DNA from: a bacterium
GTDB lineage: Bacteria > Bacteroidota > Bacteroidia > UKL13-3
DNA: 64,000 nt
Direction of reading: 5' to 3'
Assembly (NCBI GenBank): GCA_034439755.1
Contig: JAWXAZ010000008.1
Span: 44,797 to 108,796 of the forward strand
Of this stretch, positions 10,608 to 18,631 are shown one piece after another. The notes under the pieces are model-generated. The model was not told where the DNA came from. It was given only the letters and a program-made list of their open reading frames with translations, and did no database searches. The number at the start of each line of letters is the position of its first letter. Within the stretch, counting starts at the first letter, position 1. A program made the translations under genes and the position numbers.

Positions 10608-11816
10608 TTATTTGTTGACCACTATTTTTTTGGTGACGCAGTGTTGGTTCGAACCGAATAAACTAACAAAATAAAGCCCTGGAGCAAAGTTTTCTGGGAG
10701 AATAAAATAGTTTTTGCCTTGAGATAAATCTTTGGCTTCAAATAAAATTTCACCTGTTAAATTGCTAATTTGCAGCTTGTTAAATACATTTAAATTCTCG
10801 CTTTTAATACAAAAATGATGGTCGATAGGGTTGGGATAAATTTCGAATTCTTTGCCACTTACAAGCTTAGGCAAGCCCGTTAATCCTTCTTGTGCAAATT
10901 CGCATAATGCCATGATGGCCAGCTTACTCATGTTTACAAAATAGGGGATGTGAATGTTTTCAATACTATCCGAAAAACGATGCCAATTGGGACTAAAGTC
11001 ATTGTCGTAATCTTCTGTTAAGCCAATGGCCGGAATATCCCTATTCCAAAAAGATTGGTGATCTGTATTGGGTTCACCCGGATTTTTAACGAATGATTTA
11101 AGTGGTAATTTGTGCTTCCCAATTACATGGTGCAGCCTATCTGCAAAGTCTAAGCTAAGCGGAACGCTTGGAGTCGCATGAATCATGGCCAATGAATCTT
11201 TGTTTCCATCCCATGCAATCATATCGAGGTTAATGACCGTAAGGAGCTCTGGCAAACCAGACCCGCCCGATGGAAAAGCTTTACTACCAATGAGTCCGGC
11301 TTCTTCCTCATCCCAAAAGGCCAATTGAATGGTATACGGAAAATCAATGTTCCTGAGAACACGAGCGGCTTCGAGCAATGCTGCGCAGCCACTGGCATTG
11401 TCGTCTGCTCCTTGAAAATTCGAATTTGTTCCACCCACGCAATCATAATGTGCGCAAAGCATAATCGATTTGTTTGGAAATTGGCTGCCCACTTTTTCTG
11501 CAATTACATTTCTTCCAGTGCTGCTATAATCAATGTTTCGAATGGTAAAACCATAAGATGCACAGGTATTGGCAAGGTAAGTTGCTGCCAAAGCGTTGCC
11601 GCTGTGAAATGCATACCTAGATTTAATAAGTTGCGGATTTCCATTGATTATCACTTCCTTTTTCCCAATCAGTTCTTGCATAAAATTATACAAGGAGTCG
11701 GTTTTAACCAAAGACAACGCATTGCTGCAATTGCTCCTTTGTGCTATGTTAGTGTTGGTGCACAGTAAGCCAACAATGAGCAAACAAGCATAGTTTTTAA
11801 ATTTACAAAGACGCAT
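10608..11816 (-). CDS. M28-family zinc aminopeptidase with T9SS C-terminal sorting domain
   Basis: Motifs LCAHYDCV, GADDNASGCAALLE, FWDEEEAGLIGS, INLDMIA. Signal peptide present. C-terminus IYPNPIDHHFCIKS...GLYFVSLFGSNQHCVTKKIVVNK. Confidence 0.85.
   Translation of the reverse strand: MRLCKFKNYACLLIVGLLCTNTNIAQRSNCSNALSLVKTDSLYNFMQELIGKKEVIINGNPQLIKSRYAFHSGNALAATYLANTCASYGFTIRNIDYSSTGRNVIAEKVGSQFPNKSIMLCAHYDCVGGTNSNFQGADDNASGCAALLEAARVLRNIDFPYTIQLAFWDEEEAGLIGSKAFPSGGSGLPELLTVINLDMIAWDGNKDSLAMIHATPSVPLSLDFADRLHHVIGKHKLPLKSFVKNPGEPNTDHQSFWNRDIPAIGLTEDYDNDFSPNWHRFSDSIENIHIPYFVNMSKLAIMALCEFAQEGLTGLPKLVSGKEFEIYPNPIDHHFCIKSENLNVFNKLQISNLTGEILFEAKDLSQGKNYFILPENFAPGLYFVSLFGSNQHCVTKKIVVNK
10646..10655 (-). 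repeat. over-represented motif copy (GGTTCGAACC)
   Basis: Exact copy; the minus strand reads TTATTCGGTTCGAACCAACA. Inside the M28 CDS, read as LFGSNQ. Confidence 0.9.
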
Positions 11817-11851
11817 AAAGCAAAGGTAGTTTATTCTTATATTCGCACTTC

Positions 11852-12856
11852 ATGTGCAAGTTAAATAAAAATATTTTCTTCTTACTCTTTTGCATCCTTG
11901 GCCTATCGTTTAACGCTTTGTCGCAATATGCCCCGCAAGCTGGTATTGTTGGCACTACGGCCATTCACAAGGACAGTTCAATAATAAAGATATTCGACAA
12001 TTATGAGGGGCAATCAATAAATAGGGGCTGGCAAAATATTGCCGATACTAGTTTAGGTAAAGCGAGCGTAGGTTCTGTAGATAGCCTTGGAGATGATCCA
12101 AAAAGTTTCATGTTAAGTTTAGGTGATGGAGGAGCAGTTGAGTTTAAATTGCGCACACCAGTTTTAGATGGCCTTGGTCCCGATTTTGTGATTTTTGAAA
12201 ATGGCTTTCCCTTTAGTTCTGATTCCTTTTTCTTGGAATTGGCCTTTGTGGAAGTAAGCGTTGATGGCGAAAAATTTTATCGATTTCCAGCCTACAGTGA
12301 AACAGATACTGCCGTTCAAGTTGGACCGTTTGGCGGGTTAAAAGCGCATCAAATCCACAATTTAGCAGGCAAGTATATTGCGCCTTATGGCGTTCCTTTT
12401 GATTTGAATGATTTAAAAGTCTCCTTAAAGAATGCTTCAATATCTTATATTAGAATTGTGGATGCGGTGGGTAGTATTAACCCCGCATTTGGGAGTAAGG
12501 ATGCCAAAGGAAGAATAATTAACGACCCATGGCCAACGCCTTTCCCCTCGAGCGGATTTGACCTAAACGCCATTGGTTTTATCAATTTCCTTTTAGAATC
12601 AGTTAAGGAAGAAGGGAAGGAGCAAGTACTTGTATTTCCAAATCCAGTTAATATAGGTTCAAACCTGGAGGTAATTTTGCCCCAACAATTTTGCGCTATT
12701 TCTATAACAGATATTTATGGTAACGAAGTTTATTCATACGCAGAAGCTAGTATAAGACACCGTTTTTCAGCCAATTTTGGTGAAGGATTGTATTTCATGA
12801 AAGTGACCAATACGCATCAAAAATCCTATATCACGAAAATCATCATTCAACCATGA
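11852..12856 (+). CDS. secreted protein of unknown function with T9SS C-terminal sorting domain
   Basis: Signal peptide present. C-terminus VFPNPVNIGSNLEVILP...GLYFMKVTNTHQKSYITKIIIQP. The central domain is not recognised. Confidence 0.75.
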   Translation: MCKLNKNIFFLLFCILGLSFNALSQYAPQAGIVGTTAIHKDSSIIKIFDNYEGQSINRGWQNIADTSLGKASVGSVDSLGDDPKSFMLSLGDGGAVEFKLRTPVLDGLGPDFVIFENGFPFSSDSFFLELAFVEVSVDGEKFYRFPAYSETDTAVQVGPFGGLKAHQIHNLAGKYIAPYGVPFDLNDLKVSLKNASISYIRIVDAVGSINPAFGSKDAKGRIINDPWPTPFPSSGFDLNAIGFINFLLESVKEEGKEQVLVFPNPVNIGSNLEVILPQQFCAISITDIYGNEVYSYAEASIRHRFSANFGEGLYFMKVTNTHQKSYITKIIIQP

Positions 12857-13047
12857 GCATAGAAATTTGCCCTAAATGTTCGCTAGAATTCGTTTGTAAT
12901 GTGCAAGAAATAGCCAATTGTGCATGCAGCAAGGTTGGGCTTGAACCGAGGGTATTGAATGAAATAACGAAAGATTATGATAGGTGTTTATGCCCGACTT
13001 GTTTGCAAGAAATTGCTAAAAAATACGCCATAGATTTGCAAAACTAG
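12853..13047 (+). CDS. cysteine-rich CWC-family small protein
   Basis: 64 aa with a CPKC...C...CAC...CLCPTC cysteine pattern. ATGA start/stop overlap with the upstream gene suggests translational coupling. Confidence 0.6.
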   Translation: MSIEICPKCSLEFVCNVQEIANCACSKVGLEPRVLNEITKDYDRCLCPTCLQEIAKKYAIDLQN

Positions 13048-13129
13048 CTGATGTAAGTTTGACATTAGTGGAAGTTCAATCGATTGGTTTATTATATAAT
13101 TAGAAAATAAAACTTTCAACCTACCTAAA

Positions 13130-16100
13130 TTATGGTTCTATTATAAACTTCCTTGGGTAAAATTGATATTCTGAGGAGCTAGGCAGAATGAAATAAAGTC
13201 CTGGACTTAAATCAATTAAATTTAAAATCTGGAGATTTTCATTAGCCTTGGACTCATAAGCTAGCTGGCCATTTTCATTTAAAACAACGATGTGTTCAGG
13301 AGTTTGCTTTTTAAAACTAAGGGTAATATAACCGTTCGACGGATTAGGGAATAAATCGTAAGCAATATTCTCGCGTAAAACTTCCTTTAATCCCACAAAC
13401 TTCTCCACCGTTACAAATAAATAATTGGTATCGCCAAAGCATCCAAAGCTATTTTTTTCAAGCATTTTGATAGAGGCTGTGCCAATGTTTGGAAACTGCA
13501 TGGTAGCAAAATTTGAGTCTGTTTTTATTAAATTTCCATTGGTCACCCACCAATTATAAGTGCGGTTATAATTTAAAGCACAATGATAGGTCTGGCTCTT
13601 TAATTCGTTCTTAACCAGTATTAAACCATAAATTAAATTAGCAGAAGGCCTCTCATTAAAGCTTAGGGTTTCAAAATTAGAAGTATCGTAACAGCCAAAG
13701 GCATTCCTTAAAATAACCTGATAATTTCCGCTTTTGTTTGCTGCAAAATTGTTTTGGTTCGAACCGAAAATGTTTTGATTATTTAGGCGCCATTGGTAAA
13801 AGGATTCTTGATTGGCTTCAGATGTTAATTGAATGAAATCGCCGCTGCAGGCATTAGATCCATGTTGATTTAATATTTTGGCTATTGGATTTGGGTAGGC
13901 AATAATTTGAAGTCCCGTAGAGGTGTCAATACATCCATAATTATTGGTATGTATGGCCTGAACCAAGCCAGTTTTATTGCAGTTAAATTGATTTAATGTA
14001 TCTAAAGTTGGCACGCCATTAATGAGCCAATTTACACGAGTACCCATAATTAAATTAGTTTGAATTAGGGCCTGTGCGCCAGCACAAAAGCTTGTGGGCG
14101 AATTGGTAAAAACGATGGCACTGGGACTAGGGAGTACATTTATATAATTAATGGAAGAATCTTTACATCCTTTGTTATTGGCTAATAACAATTTAACTTG
14201 ATAATACCCAGGTAAATTATATTGTTTTTGAATGGCATTTTGGTTGCTGGTATCGAAATTACTTTCGCCAAGGTGCCACTTTAAATAGGTGATTGAATCT
14301 AGAGGGTTGGCGTTAAAAGTAAAGATGTAGTTATTTCCCTTAACGCATTGGTTTGAGCCATTAAGGGTGAAATTCTTTTGGGAAATAGCATTGAAATCTA
14401 TCCTTACCGAATTTGAGGAATCGGCGTCGCCTCCTGATTTTACTAACCTTTTAATCCAAATGGTATTTGCAGGATAATATTGTGGTTGAAAAAATGGCTG
14501 GTTGGCGGAATTTAGGGCAAGGGTGAAATTTGAATTGGGGCCAACCGTAGAAATGAGCCAAGAATAGGTAAAACTACCCGAACCACCGATGGGCGTGGAG
14601 CCTGAAACTAAACTGGGATTATTGCCTTTGCACAGTGTTTGATCTCCTATAATGTGGTTGTTGGAGATTGGAATGAGGTTGCCATTTGGGGTCATAGACA
14701 CAATAAAGGCATCGTTTGTTCCTCCAATAGAAGGCTGCCAAGAACCAGTTGTAGTAATAAAACTGGTGGATGTTGTTAGTCCGGTAAAATAAATATAATT
14801 TTGAAGGCCAATTGCCACGTTGTACCCAAAATCTCCGGATAATCCGCCATAATAAGTCGACCAAATAATGAAACCGCTGGTATCAAACTTTGTAATTAAG
14901 GCGTCAAAGCCGCCTTTGTTAGTTAGTTGATGAGTGTTTATGGTCGACATTCCTGTTTCGGAACTTGTAAACCCGCACAGAACGAGGTCTCCCACCTTAT
15001 CTTGAATTACCTTATTAGAATAATCATTTCCATTATCGCCAAAATAGGTCGACCAAATCCTTAATCCAGAGGAATCAAACTTGGCCAAGAATCCATCGCC
15101 TTCGCCTTTATAAACCGATTGGAGGGCGCCCATACTGGCTATATTCAATGCAGATTGGATTGAGCCAGTAAGGTAAACGAATCCAGCTTTATCAACCATA
15201 ACAGATCTGCCGTCTTCATTGCCTTCACCACCAAAATAAGTCCCCCAAATTCGAGTACCATTGGGAGAAAACTTAACTAAAAAAGCGTCGTCTGAGGTTC
15301 CAGAGCCAGATAAAGCAGGCTGGTAAACGTTTAGTGATGCAATTGCATTTGCGGAAGAAGTAAATCCTGCTAGGTAAATATTGCCTAATAAATCGGAGGT
15401 GATGCCATTGGCGTATTCATTTCCTAAACCACCGTAGAAAGTCGACCAAATTAAGCCGCCACTGGCATTAAATTTAGCAAGGAAACCATCATTTCCTCCA
15501 CCATTTGAAGTTTGATAGGCACCCGTTGAGCTAACGCCATAAAGCGAACTGCTATAGCCACTTAAAATGATGTTATTGTTTTCGTCTGAGGTTATTCCAT
15601 AACCGTAATCAAACAAATCGCCACCAAAATAGCTCGACCAAATGCGGGTTCCAGCCTGAGATAGTTTTACCACAAATGCATCTGTAACACCCCATAACGT
15701 ATCTTGAAAAGCATTCGAACTTGCTATTCCAGCAACAGAGCCTGTTAGCCCGGCCACAATCACATGACCTTGTTTAGAAATGGAGATATCATAACAATAA
15801 TCGTTGTTTTCGCCACCATAATAAGTAGCCCAACATAACTGGCCATTTTCCAGAAACTTTAGTATAAATCCGTCGTTAAATCCGCCATAAACAGATTGAA
15901 AAGCACCATTGGTGGCTATGTTTGAGGCAGAGTAAGTATAACCAGTGGTATAAATATTCCCAAGCGTATCGGTGGCAATACTATTGCCATTTTCATAATA
16001 AGTGCCGCCAAAATAGGTTGCCCAAGGACTAGGGTCCACCACCAATTTCTCGCCATCTTTTTTCTCTGGACAAACCAAGCCAATACTGCCATTTAAAAGC

Positions 16101-16792
16101 AAGTTAAATTTAACCAAGGTCGATTTTTCCTTTAAATCATTGGTGAGAAAATAGCTGTAGGGGATTTTTTCTGAGATAAGGCCAAGAGGTGTTTTAATGT
16201 TTAAAACATTTCCATCTGAACCAATTTCGAAGGGAGCGCCTAAAACGTCTAGTTGGAAATCTTGTAGCTTAGAACCGGGGTGAGCGATAATGTTGTATTT
16301 AAATTTTTCTCCAATCACAAACTCTATATCTATGCCTGGGTAAATGTCTTTATAGAGAATCTTGGAATAATGCCGAATAAATACGGCTAAATCGCCAGAT
16401 ATTTCGTTATAATAGTTTATATATGAGCTATTTGGTTCAGACCGAATGATTTTTTTATTTGTGTTTGCATCTTTAAATATAAAATCAACACGTTGCGATT
16501 GAAATTGTGGGTTCGTTTTTGGAAATTGAAAGTGCTTGTTGGTTTTGGGGTTCGAATTAACTTTGCCAATAAGTTTGTTTATTTGGTAGCTGAAACCTGT
16601 TTTAGTGAGCTGAACTTGAAAATTTTCTTGGTTATAAATAAATAAAACATCTGGATTGGGGAGTCTAGATTGGTTCATAACCTGACCACGATTTTCAACA
16701 AAACCAAATATTGGGCTTGCGAAGGCTTGGTATGAATTTAAAATGCCGAGGCAAAAGCTTAGGAGTAAAATATATTGCTTTGGCAGATTCAT
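13130..16792 (-). CDS. giant secreted SBBP-repeat (beta-propeller) protein with Ig/PKD-like modules and T9SS type A sorting domain
   Basis: 1220 aa with a signal peptide. About 8 tandem repeats of the pattern IW(S/A)TY(F/Y)GG..(N/D)...I..D..GN(I/V)Y..G.T.S. C-terminus LFPNPSNGYITLSF...GLYFILP. The N-terminal region is paralogous to that of the 39146 gene. Confidence 0.85.
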   Translation of the reverse strand: MNLPKQYILLLSFCLGILNSYQAFASPIFGFVENRGQVMNQSRLPNPDVLFIYNQENFQVQLTKTGFSYQINKLIGKVNSNPKTNKHFQFPKTNPQFQSQRVDFIFKDANTNKKIIRSEPNSSYINYYNEISGDLAVFIRHYSKILYKDIYPGIDIEFVIGEKFKYNIIAHPGSKLQDFQLDVLGAPFEIGSDGNVLNIKTPLGLISEKIPYSYFLTNDLKEKSTLVKFNLLLNGSIGLVCPEKKDGEKLVVDPSPWATYFGGTYYENGNSIATDTLGNIYTTGYTYSASNIATNGAFQSVYGGFNDGFILKFLENGQLCWATYYGGENNDYCYDISISKQGHVIVAGLTGSVAGIASSNAFQDTLWGVTDAFVVKLSQAGTRIWSSYFGGDLFDYGYGITSDENNNIILSGYSSSLYGVSSTGAYQTSNGGGNDGFLAKFNASGGLIWSTFYGGLGNEYANGITSDLLGNIYLAGFTSSANAIASLNVYQPALSGSGTSDDAFLVKFSPNGTRIWGTYFGGEGNEDGRSVMVDKAGFVYLTGSIQSALNIASMGALQSVYKGEGDGFLAKFDSSGLRIWSTYFGDNGNDYSNKVIQDKVGDLVLCGFTSSETGMSTINTHQLTNKGGFDALITKFDTSGFIIWSTYYGGLSGDFGYNVAIGLQNYIYFTGLTTSTSFITTTGSWQPSIGGTNDAFIVSMTPNGNLIPISNNHIIGDQTLCKGNNPSLVSGSTPIGGSGSFTYSWLISTVGPNSNFTLALNSANQPFFQPQYYPANTIWIKRLVKSGGDADSSNSVRIDFNAISQKNFTLNGSNQCVKGNNYIFTFNANPLDSITYLKWHLGESNFDTSNQNAIQKQYNLPGYYQVKLLLANNKGCKDSSINYINVLPSPSAIVFTNSPTSFCAGAQALIQTNLIMGTRVNWLINGVPTLDTLNQFNCNKTGLVQAIHTNNYGCIDTSTGLQIIAYPNPIAKILNQHGSNACSGDFIQLTSEANQESFYQWRLNNQNIFGSNQNNFAANKSGNYQVILRNAFGCYDTSNFETLSFNERPSANLIYGLILVKNELKSQTYHCALNYNRTYNWWVTNGNLIKTDSNFATMQFPNIGTASIKMLEKNSFGCFGDTNYLFVTVEKFVGLKEVLRENIAYDLFPNPSNGYITLSFKKQTPEHIVVLNENGQLAYESKANENLQILNLIDLSPGLYFILPSSSEYQFYPRKFIIEP
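13756..13765 (-). repeat. over-represented motif copy (GGTTCGAACC)
   Basis: Exact copy; the minus strand reads ATTTTCGGTTCGAACCAAAA. Inside the CDS, read as IFGSNQ. Confidence 0.9.
16434..16443 (-). repeat. over-represented motif copy (GGTCTGAACC)
   Basis: Exact copy; the minus strand reads TCATTCGGTCTGAACCAAAT. Inside the same giant CDS but in a different frame (IRSEPN). Confidence 0.9.
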
Positions 16793-17010
16793 TGTTTTGG
16801 TTGGAGATTAAGACAGAGTAAAGGTACAACTCTGGACGAAACAAAGCAATAAATTTTAAGGCTAATGATTTATCAATGTGTGGATAAGCCCAGTATTATG
16901 CGGTTTATTTCTTCTTTCTTTTTCTCTATAATTAATATTATGTTAAATAGAAATTGAAATAACGCCAGTATTGGTTATTATATTCAGGGTAATTATAAAC
17001 TGAACGGACA

Positions 17011-17049
17011 TAAAAAAATCCCCAACGCTACAGGTGTATTGTTGGGGAT
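17011..17049 (-). terminator. rho-independent terminator of the TPR gene
   Basis: Stem ATCCCCAAC-14 nt-GTTGGGGAT. On the minus strand it is followed by TTTTTTTATG, about 25 nt after the stop at 17073. Confidence 0.7.
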
Positions 17050-17072
17050 TAATTTTACAAAAAAGTTGAATC

Positions 17073-18458
17073 CTATTCGAACAGTTCTCTCCTCTTTTTA
17101 GTTTCCATTGTTTTCTTTTCGTCGTTTAAGTTTGCATAAACTTGTTGGATGCTATACAAAATATCGCGCATGTAAGCATATTTTTCTTTTTTCTTTTCAG
17201 CGGTTTCTTCACCCTTTGCTTCTGCAATTGCAAGTGCTTGATTAAAATACCCTAATGCTGTTGTTAAAATCTCATCCTTTTGTTTTCTCAATGGATTATA
17301 ACGTTTATCATATTCGGCACCTTGTAGATTACTTGGAATTGCATTCATTTTTTCTACAACCTCGGTGGTTTTGTTATTGGTTAATGCGCCAAGGTTGTAA
17401 AATGCATCTATATAATCTGGATTCAATTCCACCACCTTTTTATACTCAATTTCGGCTTTAGAGGCATTTTCTTTGGCGCGTGCTGCTTGTGCATCGTATT
17501 GACTCTGGTAATTGTTAGCTGCCAATGTATAAGTTGCTTTTTTAGCAGGCACCTTTTCTGTTTGTGCTTTTCTTTTTAAGGTTGAAACGGTATCTCTTAA
17601 GTTTTTAGCTTTTTTATTAATATCGTTTGTTAAATTATCATACACACTGCCTCTAACAAATATAAGCGAAGCATCATCAGGATTAATTTCAATGGCCGAG
17701 TTCAATTTATTCAACAATAAATCTTGGCGACCCATGTTCATATAGATATTAAGCTCTTGATTGATTAAATCCTTTTCGCTTGGGTATTTAGTCCTACCCT
17801 GCTCAATAAATTTTAAGGCAGAAGTGGTGTCGGTTTCCTCAAGATATATATTCGACATTTGCATGTAAATTAGGTGATCATTATAATTTAGATCCATTAA
17901 TTTCTGCAAATATTGTTTGGCTTTTGCGTTGTCATTTGACTGAACAGCAGAATAAGCCATATATAAATAGATATTCTTTTCTGACAAATTATTTTTCTTT
18001 AAATCCTCATTTTTATCATAAGGAATTATATCTAAAACAATTTGGTAGTATTTAATGGCATCTTTATAGTTTTTATTCTCATAAGCGCTAATACCCTTGT
18101 TAAAACACATAAATGCGCTGTTTAATATTGCCTGATCTTTGCAATAATACGCGTAGCGATTTTTAGCATCATTTTCAATGCACTTTTTGCATCCATTATA
18201 AAAGTTTTCTGCTAAATCGGCATCAACAAGTTTTTCATAAGCGGGATTTCTATAGATGGTATCGAGCACCGCAACATAATAAAACCACGCTTTGGGATCA
18301 TTTTTGGTTTCTGAATTTACAATTGCCAATTCAATTGATTTTTTAGCGTCTTCTACCTCGCCATTTCTCAAATAAATTGCGGCACTTTCTACATTACTTC
18401 TTTGGGCAAATCCTTGGAAACTCAAAAGAGTTAGGACTGCTATCAATAGTCTTTTCAT
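17073..18458 (-). CDS. TPR-repeat protein, secreted
   Basis: ATG 18458 gives the signal peptide MKRLLIAVLTLLSFQGFAQ (the track ORF extends 13 codons upstream). Multiple TPR-like A/Y/N-rich helical repeats. Confidence 0.75.
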   Translation of the reverse strand: MKRLLIAVLTLLSFQGFAQRSNVESAAIYLRNGEVEDAKKSIELAIVNSETKNDPKAWFYYVAVLDTIYRNPAYEKLVDADLAENFYNGCKKCIENDAKNRYAYYCKDQAILNSAFMCFNKGISAYENKNYKDAIKYYQIVLDIIPYDKNEDLKKNNLSEKNIYLYMAYSAVQSNDNAKAKQYLQKLMDLNYNDHLIYMQMSNIYLEETDTTSALKFIEQGRTKYPSEKDLINQELNIYMNMGRQDLLLNKLNSAIEINPDDASLIFVRGSVYDNLTNDINKKAKNLRDTVSTLKRKAQTEKVPAKKATYTLAANNYQSQYDAQAARAKENASKAEIEYKKVVELNPDYIDAFYNLGALTNNKTTEVVEKMNAIPSNLQGAEYDKRYNPLRKQKDEILTTALGYFNQALAIAEAKGEETAEKKKEKYAYMRDILYSIQQVYANLNDEKKTMETKKRRELFE

Positions 18459-18580
18459 TAGATGCTGGTTTAAATAGTACTTTACAAACATATTCATTTC
18501 TTTTTTTAGTTCAAATGCGATTCATCACCTTTTTTAATGCTGATTTAAACTTTTGCGTTAAACTTTCGATATATAGTCAT

Positions 18581-18614
18581 AAAAAAAGAGCTTCAGGTTT
18601 CCCCTGAAGCTCTT
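18581..18614 (-). terminator. rho-independent terminator of the M16 peptidase gene
   Basis: 12-bp stem AAGAGCTTCAGG-tttcc-CCTGAAGCTCTT. On the minus strand it is followed by a run of 7 T. Confidence 0.8.
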
Positions 18615-18631
18615 TTCTGTTTCAAGAATGA

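Noticed and set aside
11325-11768. 147-aa plus-strand ORF inside the M28 peptidase gene.
   Set aside because: It is fully embedded antisense in a CDS with clear catalytic motifs. It has no signal, no RBS-like context and an odd Cys/Ile-rich composition. The same reasoning applies to 11219-11503 and 12213-12440.
14850-15650. Recurrent (A/G)GTCGACCAAAT-like strings (about 14860, 15050, 15440 and 15630) that superficially resemble the over-represented motif.
   Set aside because: They always fall in the same reading frame of the repeated protein segment IWSTY(F/Y)GG of the SBBP gene. They are a protein-repeat echo, not the frame-independent motif.
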